DNA from: Lytechinus pictus | Taxonomy: Eukaryota | Reading direction: 5' to 3' | DNA length: 64,000 nt | Assembly: GCF_037042905.1 (NCBI RefSeq) | Contig: NC_087251.1 | Location: 16,742,001-16,806,000 of the forward strand | Shown here: positions 1 through 12,446 of the stretch, in pieces | How the letters are laid out: each line of letters opens with the position of its first letter | How positions within the stretch are numbered: position 1 is the stretch's first letter | Made by a program: the position numbers and the translations under genes | The notes under the pieces: model-generated | Seen by the model: the letters and a program-made list of their open reading frames with translations, nothing else | Told to the model about the DNA's origin: nothing | The model's database searches: none

Positions 1-792
1 GTTATGTTGTGTTAAGCGGGTGTTAAGATGGCATACCTTTATTTGGAAACTCCACTGTCTTGATTGGGAGTTGGACAACAACATAATCACCACATGATAT
101 TCACGGAACATCTGGTGTAGTAATCATTAATCAACTAATCTCACAAGCAAGTCATACTCTGAATGACATCCATATAGGCCTGTACATTATGTGAACTTTC
201 AGTTATATGCCTGGCTTTATATCCACACTCTCGAAATTTCCGTATAAGAAGAGGCAAGTGCAATCGCTATTGTTTTTACCGACCCGGATACAAAAGGGAG
301 TGTGCGCATAAAAAAATCCAATCCCAGCTAGGAATATCATTCTGAGTCATCAATGGAGTTTGATACGTCCCTTGTGATACTAACGAATAGATTCGAAACC
401 AGTACCTACCGTGACTATCAACGAGCAGATAGAGTGATATTTATACAGATTATCATCAGAAACACTAAATGGGCATGATTGTGGTGAGCGATATACACTG
501 AAGTCTTGAAAACAAGCCATATTTTTCCATGGGCACGATGTTTTAGCACTATCGATATTCGTGCGTTGTATACCTCAGAGCTCAGAAAGTTGCTGATAAT
601 GTCAGCGAATACTTCCATGATATCACATCGAAAATAAAAAGCAATGTGTTACAGTCATTTCACGGATATTGAACTCATGCATGATCTACGCCATCAACCT
701 TAATTAGGCATCCGGCACGTGTGGGGGAATCGATATATTACATCTTGCAGTTTGAGAAGTTTTTAGAACTCGAGTTAGAGGCGGTGGTCGTC

Positions 793-1132
793 ATGGAGCA
801 GAACGCATGGCAGACGAGGACACACCTCCTTGCCGTGCTCGTCATCTTCTGGATCTACCTCTTCATCGGCGCTTTGATCTTCACTTCCATCGAAAGGCGA
901 CATGCGGACAATCTCCATCATAGATTCCTCCACACCGCCATCGATTTCGTCGCCAACAACTCCTGCGTCGATCATGGTGACCTGCAGACCTACTCCAATG
1001 TCCTGATCGATGTCTATACCGGGGGACTTCGATGGACCACCGATCAAGGCTTCAATTCATCAAAACATCATTATCATCATTGGGATCTTGTAGATTCACT
1101 CTTCTTTTGTGCAACGGTCGTCACCACTATAG
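793..1132 (+). CDS. Two-pore domain (K2P/KCNK family) potassium channel, coding exon 1 of 2; model join(793..1132,9057..10009), 430 aa
   Basis: ATG at 793. Encodes TM1 (LLAVLVIFWIYLFIGALIFTSIE), a cap region with Cys (NNSCV) and pore helix WDLVDSLFFCATVVTTIG. Ends at a G|GTATGG donor, phase 1, inside the GYG filter. Subfamily not assignable by eye. Confidence 0.92.
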
Positions 1133-1287
1133 GTATGGCTTATTATTAAGTTTATTAATAAATCAAACGAGCAGGCCTGTATCATAATTTTATCTGGCCC
1201 CTCTGATCCGGGGGGCAAATACGCCGAATCATTCTGTTCTTTCTCGCTTTCTCTTAACTTTGCAAGGATGAATGCGTATAGCCAGCT

Positions 1288-1545
1288 GGGCCCTGTCTTA
1301 CAAAGAGTTACAATTGATCCAATCAATCGTGACTTTATGGAAATCCATCATACATATTCTTCCTACAGGAATTTGCACAATGTCCTTTGTAAACAAAGAA
1401 ATGCACAGCGAAATTTCAAGAAAACAAGAAATGAATGAATATGCATCAAAATGAGAAAATAATAGGAACAATCATTCATAATAGATGTTGACGCTGCTGG
1501 CCGTCCATAGTTGTGATTGATCGCAACTTGCTGTAAGACGGGGCC
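1288..1545. mobile_element. MITE, family A (GGGCCC-ended, Harbinger-like), copy 1
   Basis: TIRs gggccctgtcttacaaagagttac... / ...gtaagacggggcc. Homologous to 18718-18987 and 29487-29760 in the opposite internal orientation. Confidence 0.8.
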
Positions 1546-3344
1546 TCGGGTCGGGGTCTAGGTCTGACATCCCTTTAATTCAATTTAACCAACATCAACA
1601 TAATTACTTTCAATTCATATTCTCAACTAAAAGAAAATACATCGAAACATGATAAAACAATTATCAAAGTACACAGTCGATACGATGTCTTTAAAAAAAC
1701 ATGCAGAGAGGAAGTCTGTCAAAAGAAGGTTCTATTCCAAGCTCACGATCCAACATATTGATTTGAAGCCAGGAAATAATAATCACTACAACAAGCACGT
1801 GATGATTTATGAAATATTAAACAATTGATATTTATACCATGAGATAATTATATTCAATCAATGTTGACTCATAAGTAAATTTGAATAAAACTAAATTCAC
1901 CTATATTGACTTTTAAATCAATTTTATCTGACGATGGATAAGCATTATGTGCTTTATTGTTCCTCGTGCCGATTTAAACATAAGCACTGGTGCACTTAAA
2001 GTGGAAGTTCACACTGAAGAAAATTTTGTTGTGAAAATAGTAGAAAAAAATGATAAAAGAAATAGAAGTTTGAGGAAAATCCATGAAAGATTAAGAATGT
2101 TGATAGAATTTAAAGTTTTGGATTTGAGACGTCGTAAACGAGCACCCCTTAAATATTTATCATATAAATTTCGGCTCGCGATTTTCGCTCGCATTAATTG
2201 TAAAAAATACATCAATCCATGCATCTTATTCATAATTGCAAAAGTGCTTAAATAGTCAATTTTTTAGCCCTTGATATTAATAAATTTCGCGCTCTCATTC
2301 GGCCTATTAGAATAATAAATAAATTAACAACTTTTTCACGAATTCCTAATCATCAAATTGTCCCTTTTCAGACCGGAATATCAAAAATTCTCATCTCGTG
2401 CTTAGGAATATGAAGATAGTCATCATTTTCATAAATGATGACAAACTGTCCTTAGAATGTCCAGTTCCTAGGTAAAAAATATCAAAATAAGGGTATCATA
2501 GATCAGATCAAACGATCCAAACCAATCTTTCCCACCCTCTTCCTTCTTCCTGCTTCCCGTTTCTTTCCTTTTTATCCCCCCCCCCCCTTCTTCTTACTAG
2601 TTCAAAATTTCAAATGGGGTTCGCCCATCTGTGGGAACATCCCTGAATAAACATCCTACATTCCCCTTGGTAAGGTTATGAGGGGAAGATGAAAAGACAA
2701 GTACTAGTATTTAAAAGTACAGGGAGATGGCGATCAAAGACTGCACAGTAGAATAATATAGCGTCAGTACGTCATCATGATAAGAATAAGATAAAATGCT
2801 TTACTGTGGGAAAAATGTCACAAGTAAAGAAAGGATATTCCCATTATGCGTTACCGTTTGAATAAAAAGGGAAAGTAAAAACTCTGAAACATTCATCTCA
2901 ATTGGATATTTTAAAAAATGGCATTTTATAAGGTTTTTTTAAGGAACAACTTATTGTAATGCCCCAAAAGCTGCCAGCATGCGCAACAATTGCGCCATGA
3001 AAAAAGTTACAGTTTACTTTAAAATTCCTTTTCGAATAATGATTATTATTATCAATATCGTTATTTATTCGGCATAATCAAGCATGTAAACAACTCATAC
3101 ATAAAAAAAAAGAATAATGAGAGTCACATGGATCGAGGGAAAGGACAAAAATAACTTAATCACTATAGTCAGAAGATGATCCTTTCCAATCCATGTGACT
3201 TTATAAAAGAAAAGGAACATGTCCGGTAACTAAGAGACAGTGATATGAGAGAAGGAAATAAAAGAAAACATGACATGAAGTGAAAACATAACATTTAAAT
3301 TACTACTTAATTTCCATGACATTTTTATTGTATTAATGGGATTT

Positions 3345-3630
3345 TTTGTAGTCCTGAAGAGGTATATCTGTCTTGATGGTTTGGTAGCTCTTAAAAGATC
3401 TGTTATCGGCGTTTCGACCAGCGTATTCTGGTCGTCATCAGGAATGATGATCCACTCGAATACTTGGGTATATAAGCAGGTTGGTAATAAAGAAGGTAAT
3501 TAAGGTTCAACCAATAGGAAGGCAGGAATGAAGAAGGTAATTAAGGTTCAACCAATAGGAAGGCAGGAATGAAGAAGGTAATTAAGGTTCAACCAATAGG
3601 AAGGCATGAATGAGGAAGGTAATTAAGACT
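3345..3630 (-). mobile_element. Penelope-like pLTR/3' end remnant: 41-bp CCAAT-containing repeats, TATA, hammerhead-like core
   Basis: 41-bp unit aagaaggtaattaaggttcaaccaataggaaggcaggaatg x~3.4 (3490-3627). On the minus strand this is followed by TATATA and then CTGATGA-C-GACCAG/aatacg/CTGGTC-GAAACGCC. Same order of parts as the 3' end of the element at 24222-25886. Boundaries approximate. Confidence 0.6.
3405..3445 (-). ncRNA. Degenerate type I hammerhead ribozyme motif
   Basis: CUGAUGA (3441-3435), 6-bp stem II and GAAAC are present. The cleavage triplet is GCC instead of GUC and stem I is weak, so it is probably inactive. Confidence 0.5.
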
Positions 3631-4589
3631 GGACAAGTAGGAATACATTATATAGTTGAAAGTCAAAGAGCAATAGAATCGAACATAGTTGGGCAATAAT
3701 ATAATATCAAGAATTCAAAGAAAGAAAGAAAGAAAGAAAGAAAGGGTACCGGGCCAAGTGGGGCACATCACAACAAAAAAAAAGCTGTAAATGTGGGTAC
3801 AGTTGCACCCAGACTGACATGATCTGGATGGAGACGGGTGTCTACGTGTTTAGGAATTTTTAAAAAGGCTATTATAAATTCTTATCCAATAATGTAACAC
3901 TGTCTTGTTTGACTCGTACAAAACATGGACTTGATTAAGAGTTCGTTAGTTATAAAGTGTATGAAAATGAACTTGTGTTTAATGCACAAAAAGGAAGAGT
4001 TGATAATTCAATTTTTTTCAATTCAATTTATTTTCAGTCTTCAACATAATACAAATGAATACAAGATAAATTAATTCAATTTACATAAAAGCATGAACAA
4101 AATTCAACATTGAATAAAATAATGATATACATATTCAATAAGTGATTCGAATATAAATTAACATGCATGTCAAATTGAAATCAATATAATCAATATTATG
4201 AAATATGAATAAATCAATATAATTATATATCATGAGAAGAATAATGATTAGCTTCATCGCCTTGTTATCCTTTGATTTCTCTTTCAAAGAATATTCTGGA
4301 CCTAATTCTACAGAAAATTGCGTTTGGTCTCTGTACGACAATATTACTACTTAATTTTCCTGACAAATAATCAGCGACAGACACTTGTGTATTTGTGGAG
4401 TGAGCCTGTGGCCTGGAACCCCCTCCTCTTTTTTGTCTATAACTTCATCAATTTTTTTTGTATTTTTAATTTCATAAAACTTTGCTGAATATATTGAACA
4501 AGTAAAAAAAATCAAATGGAGAGATATATCTCTCCTTCTTAATTGTTATTACTCGCTCAATCTATAACAGAATGAATATAATATATTTT

Positions 4590-4628
4590 GCCTCCGACGA
4601 AGATTCTGCTAGAATCGAAAGCTTAGGC
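4590..4628 (+). ncRNA. Minimal type I hammerhead ribozyme motif (U4C core variant)
   Basis: Stem I GCCT/AGGC, core CCGACGA, extra A, stem II GATTCT-gct-AGAATC, GAAA, palindromic AGCT stem III, putative CUU site. Lies inside a 65-bp insertion flanked by agaatgaatat direct repeats. Confidence 0.6.
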
Positions 4629-5204
4629 CCCTTTTTGACTTTCTAGAATGAATATTAATTAATTTTGGTTTTTGGTTAACGTTTTGTTTTATTGTGCCTT
4701 TGAATATAGAAAAAGCGCAAAGTGAATCATGGCCATGACTAACACTTGTATTTATAAATGAGTACATAGATACATATTTTTATTTTTTATTCTCTCACAT
4801 CAAAAATGACAAAACAAATTCAAATGTTCGCATGACACATTTTATTGACATTGGGAAGAGAAACCAGCATTAAGCGAAGTCTTTGATTACGTGGATTCCT
4901 CAAGAAAAAAAAGGGGGAAAATATAGAAAACAGGAAAAGAAAATGGAACCATGGGAACGGTACAGACCTGTAATGTTGTTGTACAAATGGCACAGAGCCA
5001 GTCAGCAAAGTTAACGATCAATTACATTTTACCTGCCAGTCAAGTTTAGCATTGAGTTGACCAAACATTACTGAATGATATACATTGTCATTGGGGAGTA
5101 ACGAGATGATGTTAATTCTACAGCTATCTTCTGCACCCGCACCTGCACCTGCATTGCACCCACTTGTTCAGTAATTATACCAATCATAGTCACGAACCCT
5201 TTTT

Positions 5205-5459
5205 ATGAGGCCGCCATCAATTACAAGCTTAACCGCTCACGATGGCGGTCTCCTGCGTTCATTTAAATTTTGTTAATGTTCCTTTTTTATTATCAAAATG
5301 TGAAGTATCTGCCCACACCATTTTTTCCTTCAAATTATGTATTATGTTTATATTGTATGCATTATGAATTATTTTGTATATTACAAACAATGTAAATATT
5401 TATGATAATGTATTGTGAACGCAGAAATAAAAATAAAACAAACAAACAAACAAACAAAC
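5205..5459 (+). mobile_element. Probable LINE 3' end remnant
   Basis: Stem gaggccgccatc...gatggcggtctc, then AT-rich sequence, AATAAA and an (AAAC)n tail. Confidence 0.35.
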
Positions 5460-5793
5460 TATTCTCATTGTTTTCGCAAACTTCCAAAAACAGTGTATCA
5501 TTTCTTTTTTTAATTATTAAAAAAAATCAATCCCCTTGAAGAAACGAAAGCCACTATTAAAGACTATTACTCCCCAAAAATATTTCAATAAAAGGAAAAT
5601 ATCCAAATACCATAACACTGAAAATTTCATCAAAATTGGTCGTAAAAATAAGAAAGTTAATGTTACAACATTTATTGGAGTAGACATTGATAAACATTGA
5701 TAGACATGGGTGCGAGTAACCGAGGGTGAATGGGTGTGAGCTTGGTTAGATTGGCTTCTTTTTCGGCTTGGATCCCCTTCTTTTTATCTTTCT

Positions 5794-5980
5794 TTCATTC
5801 ATTCATTCATTCATTCATTCATTCATTCATTCATTCATTCATTCATTCATTCATTCATTCATTCATTCATTCATTCATTCATTCTTTCTTTCTCTTACCC
5901 ATCCATCCATTCATCCATTCATCCATCCATCCATTCATTCGTTCGTTCATTCATTCGTTCATCCATCCATTCATTCATTA
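5794..5980. repeat. (ATTC)n/(ATCC)n microsatellite
   Basis: Direct reading. Confidence 0.95.
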
Positions 5981-7652
5981 ATCATTTACCTTTCAATTCA
6001 CCCCTCTGCCCATCTCGCAGGCATACTTATAGATATATGTCTTAACTCCGTATCATAATAACATATATCGATATCATTCTTAATCTCTTGTTTGAAACGC
6101 TTATTGCATACTTTCTTAATATTTGTACTGGCATAAATAGTATAAGGTCATTGGGTAAATTATAATTGATAGTTAAACAAGTACTCAATATTTCTTTCCA
6201 GTTATAATAAAAAATTAATTGCTCGATTTGGCAATTTAAGTATATAAAGGCACACCAATTTGTTCGAGATAATACAATTGCGGGATGTGCATTGTTTTCA
6301 TTCTCTCTTCGAACAAAAACATCCCTATTAACCAAATTAATGATTAACAAATTATTCGTTGGGTAAAACAAATTGTTGAACATTATTCATTGAAGATGAA
6401 CAAATAAAGAGTAACAAGATATGATTCACATCATGCACTCATGTCAAGTCTGTTAAATTGTCCATAACGTCTAAAACACGACAGTTTTATTATTTTTTAA
6501 ATAATCTTCAAAGATGATCAAGAGGATAGCAGTGCTTCCACGTTTCTAATTTTCACTTAATGAAGAAGCTTATACGCTTTCCTTTTTTTTCTTCAAATTT
6601 TATATTCAACCAAATACGATAGAGTATATATTATGTGGACAACTATTGGCAATCAAGACAGAGATAATACTTTCCTGGGGCGGTATGACGGGGGTGGGGT
6701 TAAGGGGCTGCCCATTCCCTCAGGTTTTTTCAAGTTATTAAAAACTAAAATAAACAAAAGAATTTTGGCAAATAGGAGACTGTGTCGTTGAACTAAACAA
6801 TGTCCCAATTTTCATTAAAATCCGACTTCACCTATCTCCTCCTGCCCATTCACCTATCTGATCAGAAAAACCTTGTACTGACCCGACAAATGGTTAGGAT
6901 AACGACGATCGCATCTAAATCAATTACGAACAGCATAATAAATAATCTAGGGCATCGGAATAATGAAAAAAAATCTTTACCTCTTTATGTCTACATTTTA
7001 ATAGTCACCAAATTAAGTTTAGACACATTGATCACGTTCACTGTTCACGTGATATACTTATCAATACTGTATCAGCTGTAAGAATTAATAAGAGAAAGGA
7101 GAGATTATCATCCTGATAATGCTCTCCTACCCAATCAATGTAACACTTGAATGGACTCTCGACTGGCTTTATTGCTCGGCCTATATTAGTAATTTCGAAA
7201 TCATCATCTTAAGATTTATATTGCATGGGTTGTAAACTTAGTGCAGTAAAAATATCTGAATCACCCAATAACTGTAAAATTTGACCTTTGAAATTCGATC
7301 AGATATTGCAATATTCGATGGGGTTATGTCTCGGCTATGAGAGATTTTAAGCGAGGGTGGCATTTCATAAACCTGTTGGTATGATTACGCATTTACGCAC
7401 AACTTGAACATGTTCTTAGGTCTGAATGCATGAAATATAAAAAAGCAAATTTGAGCTCGCGCTTCGCGCTCACATTATTTTAGATATCATGTTTGTAAAA
7501 TAAAGCTGTATATTTAATGTTTCAGTCTTTAGTTTAGGCTACCCCTTAAAAAATAACAAAAATCAGCTTTGAGCGGCCGATAGGGGAAAATATGGATGAA
7601 AAACATTGACCCCTCTTATTGACGAAAGTTTTAGCCGCCCCTGCGTCCCATG

Positions 7653-7891
7653 CACTGTAAAAATTCTTGGGTAAAATTTTAACCCGCACGAGGGTAATTA
7701 TGTGTCCAACCAATTTTGGGCAGTATTTTAACCAATGCGGGAAGCATATTGTCCAGTAAGGTTTTAAAAAAGCAGCAATTACGTTAGAATGGACACAATT
7801 TTCATCACACGGGATAAATAAACATGCCCAATATTGGTTGATCACATAATTACCCTCATGGATCATTTTTACCCAATATTTTTTTAGAGTG
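7653..7891. mobile_element. MITE with CACT...AGTG ends
   Basis: Imperfect TIRs cactgtaaaaattcttgggtaaaa / ttttacccaatatttttttagagtg. Confidence 0.6.
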
Positions 7892-9056
7892 CGGGTGTAA
7901 ATCTCGGGGGGTGGGAGGAAATACCCCCTCCCCCATTGTTCAGAGAGCTGGGATGGCATGTACAATCACCACACATACACACACACACACACACTTTTCA
8001 AGACCAAAACGTTTTTTTTTTCAATCAATCATCAAATAACTAATACTACTGTTATAATGCGTGGATTCATCTAAAAGTTGAATGCATTCAACTTGCTTAA
8101 ATTGGCCTAATTTTGCCTCTTAAAGACGCAAAATTTCTCGCACTTTCGCTCTGCTCCTGTGCTTAATCAATTCTTACAAGAATTTGAAAAATCCGTACGT
8201 TAAACTCATGGCTAATGTTATATCCGATGCATCATGAGAGTATAATAAGGCCATTTTTTTAATCGTGTGATTCCAGTGACTATTTGAATATGATTATAAC
8301 TTTTATCATAAACAAATCAAAACATCATTTAAATACACTGTAGTGAATGTAGGGGGTGGGGTTATATCCTGGTTATCCTGGTATCTTTGTGGAAGCGGAG
8401 ATGAATAATGTTACAAAAAATTATATAATTCAAGTGTACCTTGAAATCAATGCCGTTTATGAAACACTTAGGCATGTTAGGACAAAAATATTTTCCACAC
8501 ACCTTTACAATAAATTTTATCCATCTTTATATGAATTTAGCTCAAAATTTTGAATGTTGCATCACATTGATAATATTTAATATTATTAAAAAAACATTCA
8601 TTTCTGTTGCAATTGTTTCCTTTGCATTTGCACCATCATGCTATTTCCACGTTTTTGGAAGTTTATTGTGTGTCCTGTGAGTGACGGCCTATAATCGTTC
8701 ATAAGCACTCTTATTCCCGATAATCATGATCATGTTTTTTTTTTTCATCTCACCTAAAACCAGTGAGCAAATACAGTGTTGCGTCCCCTCCTAATCTGTT
8801 ATATTCCGCTGCCACTGCATTTTGTTGTCCTCTCATATTTTGTTTCATTTTGATTTTGGGTAACTTATCGGTGAGGTGTGGTAATAGAAGCATTCCATGA
8901 CAATGTTCACGTTTAATTATTGCATGAAGATCTGTTTTTATATCACATTGTCTTGCTTCGTCTTGATCTTTGGCTCTCCTTGTATATCGCTTCTCCTTAA
9001 TACACCATTTCATTTCTTCATTTACAAATTCTCTCAATTTTCCTCTCTTACTGCAG

Positions 9057-10009
9057 GTTATGGTAATTTGGCCCCGAGTACTGAACTTGGCCGATCAATC
9101 TGCATTATATATGCATTGATTGGTATACCCCTTAGTGGTCTTCTCGTCACCATCATCGGGCAGCAGCTCAAAAAGCGACTCAGGGGTATCTGGCGTCGTC
9201 TCCTTGTTCGGCTGCACTGCATCACAACCAGGGAATCATCAATAGCCCATCGTATAGCATCGTTCATGGCCGTCGTTGTCGCTGGTGTTGCCTTCTACGT
9301 CATTCTCATTATCATCCCCGCGTGCCTGTTCAACTACATCGAAGGTTGGAACTGGCTAACGAGTCAATACTATGCTTTCATCTCTTTCACAACTATCGGG
9401 TTCGGGGATTATGTTGCTGGTGACGGTCAGACCCTGACTGCGGTCGGTCGCGTGGTCTACAAAGTTATTCTCATTTTTTACCTTGTCTTTGGGATGGGGT
9501 TCGTCACCATGCTCTTACAGGGACTCCAGCACCGCAATGCTCAAAAGGTGAGGCAGTTCGCACAACGAAGAGTCATCAGGAGAATCAGGAAAAAGAAACG
9601 TAAGGCTGGATTGGACGAGGCAGACGGAAGCTTCTCCAAAGAGATGCATTCGGAGAGTGATGAGTACGTCGTCATAACAACGGATGTTGTTGGAGATGAT
9701 AGTCAAGGGGAGGTGTTTGAGATGCAGGAACTGGAATCGGGTGTAGCCTTTGAAACTGTGTCACTTGTCGATGATGTTATGCAAACACAATCCACCTTGA
9801 CATTTGATGCTGCTACACAGACAGACCGGTTGAAAGTTGATAATGGTTGTTGTTGTTGTTGTCATAGCAAGTCAGAGAGGGATAATAGTAGTACAATGAC
9901 ATCGAAGTCTTCACAATCGTCTTCCTTTTCATCATCTGAATTGAAGGCTGTAAATGGCCATGAGATGACGTGGAAGATTACTGAAAACTTAGCTGAATAT
10001 AAGCCTTGA
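9057..10009 (+). CDS. K2P potassium channel, coding exon 2 of 2
   Basis: Polypyrimidine tract plus CAG acceptor at 9054-9056. Splicing restores TTIG-YGNLAPST. Also encodes TM2 (IIYALIGIPL), second pore EGWNWLTSQYYAFISFTTIGFGDYV, TM4 and a basic then acidic C-tail. Stop TGA ends at 10009. Confidence 0.93.
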
Positions 10010-11378
10010 TTTACCTATTTCTTAATGCGTTATTTTTTAACTTCATTTTTCTTGATCTTGTCACTGTCTTGATTAACATGAATACAAGTACCAAACTAGT
10101 CATTTTAGTGTTTTAAGACTGATTTTATACTTTTCAGGCCCAAATCTTTTAGTGATTATCATGTCTTGTCACTCAGTATGCGCTTGAAAATTTGAAAACA
10201 CTTGTATTATCTTCACTCCCGTTGTTTGCTGTCCTCAATAAATATATCAGATATGCAAATATTACTAAGTCCATATATATTCTTGTAGTTTTACAATAAA
10301 CAGAAAGTGTATGTGGTGGTTTTAAATGTAAAAAATAAAAAAATAGCCCCCAAATTAAATCAAATAATAAACTCTAAACAGGGAGTGGAAAACGAAGCAT
10401 TACGTCACAATCGCCGACTTCTTGTATCGACAACATTATTGACAATTTCTTCTTTTATCCATGTAGGCATCTAATTGAATATTAAAAAAAGTGCAATATA
10501 TCATAAAGATATTGCGCGGGAATTCGCTATCAATGGCGGAACGAGCATACAGAAGAAAGCCGAAACAATTAAATATTGAAAGTGCAATAAAAGAAAGGGA
10601 TTAAAATAATTGACGTGTTTTTATTCTAGATTAAATGCTACGTTTAAGATTGTACTATTTTCATATCATTTGCATATACTAGTATGGATAATGCGCACTC
10701 GTTACTTGTAATTGTAACACTATCATTTTGCCTATACGTGTTTGATTCAAAGGCATATTCTACATGAGAAATTATATTTTATTTCATGCATAAATAGATC
10801 ATGATGTTGGATCACCAACTGTCATCAATATGTATATCAGTGATTTTTCCCCCATGTGATCACTACTCAATATTAACTCTGTGTGTGTTACGTGTTTAAA
10901 ATTGCACATTCGTATTAATCTGTGAACCAAAAATTAGAATGGCTCTTTTAGTAGTTCCCTCTATTCAATACACGGTGGTTAATGTAATAACCAATACATG
11001 CAGAATTTAAAGTAGGTGTCTAATTAAAAATTGTAGTGATTATTATCTCCTAAAAATGAACTTTCACACAAAAAGAGTTGAAGAGTCATTCCGCAGCTTT
11101 ATCATTCCTTCTCTTAAAGAGGGAGTTGGGGCATTTTAAGGGACTATGGACTTATATTTTTACTATACAAAGATTTCCTGTTCAGTCGCAGTATTCCGGA
11201 CTTGTCGCATTTTACTATGGAGACACTTTCTAGAACGCACCAATTCCTTTGAAAATGCAAGACAAATCACAATGGAGAGATGAGAGGCTTTTGTAGATAG
11301 TTGGTGACCCGTGACTCTAGACAACGACATATTTGCAATTGTTCGTTCGGTGCAAATCTTCGGATGATATGTTGTCCC

Positions 11379-12446
11379 CAGGGGCGGATCCAGCTTTCGC
11401 CAATAGGGGGGGGGGGCGAAAAATATTTTCATCAACATTTTTCTCGATTGGCCGCTATAATCTGATTTTTTTTTATTTTTTTTTGGGGGGGGTTCAGGGG
11501 GTAGTCCTAACTAGAGACTGAAGTTTTAAGTATATGTTAGTTTTTATTGTTATAAACAAGATAAGGTATCTCATGTGGTCTTAATATATAATGTGAGCGC
11601 GAAGCGCGAGCTCAAATTCTTTGATATTTATGTCCTTAGACCTGAAGATTCTGAGGAGATTTTATAATCATGAAAAAGATGCGTATCCAACTAAACAATG
11701 CGAGCGCGAAGTGCGAGCCGAAATTTTATCATAGTAACGTGAAAAGGGACTCAATTAGGACTGTTTTTAGTGATTAATGAAGAGGATACAAGTATCACCA
11801 ATTAAATAATGAGAGTGCGAAGCGCGAGCTCAAAATTTTTGATATTCCGACCTGAAAACTGGACAGTCTAAGCGCGTTTTTATTTAAATACAGAAAAAGC
11901 TGTGTGTCTCAAACAATTAAATGCGAGCGCGAAGCACAAGCTCAATTTTTTTATATACTGACATGATAAAGGAGAATTTTGACAAATTCTGGTAAGAATT
12001 TCCAAAGAGGATAGGTAACTCACAAATCAAACAATGCGAGCGCGCAGCGCGAGCTGAAAATTTTGATATAAACAATTTGTGTAAAACAAACAAAATAATT
12101 AATGCTTGATGTGCGAGCTAAAATATTGTGTGCAAATTGATTTCAGATCTGGATATATAAGTGTCATTTAATCCTCTTGAATGGGATTCATTGGCACAGG
12201 CAATGCGAGCGCGAAGCGCAAGCGAAATTTTTTATATAAAGTTCTTTTTCCAATTCTTCCCCTCACCCTTTTCTTGTTTCCTTTCGGGGTCGGGCCGGCC
12301 GTTACGAGGTTGTAAATTACACATCCTGGGTATGATACCTCTTTCCTACTTTTCTTTAGTGTTTTTCCTATAGTACACTTTGTCTGCAGGTTGTAAAAAA
12401 ATAGGGGGTCCGGGGCCGGCTCGGCCCCCTCCTGGATCCGCGCCTG
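11379..12446. mobile_element. Non-autonomous TIR element with CAG ends, 5-bp TSD and internal GCGAGCGCGAAGCGCGAGC repeats
   Basis: TIRs caggggcggatccag / ctggatccgcgcctg (14/15 match), with gtccc on both flanks. The GC motif recurs at about 11593, 11700, 11810, 11922, 12036 and 12204. Confidence 0.75.

Noticed and set aside
3300..4365. ttactacttaattt direct repeats as the TSD of a 1-kb insertion
   Set aside because: AT-rich and imperfect beyond 14 bp, and the interior is a mosaic with no coherent element; unresolved.
5730..6058. HSFI-repeat ORFs
   Set aside because: Translations of the (ATTC)n microsatellite.
8897..9056. N-terminal extension of the 370-aa ORF
   Set aside because: Intronic sequence upstream of the CAG acceptor; true coding starts at 9057.
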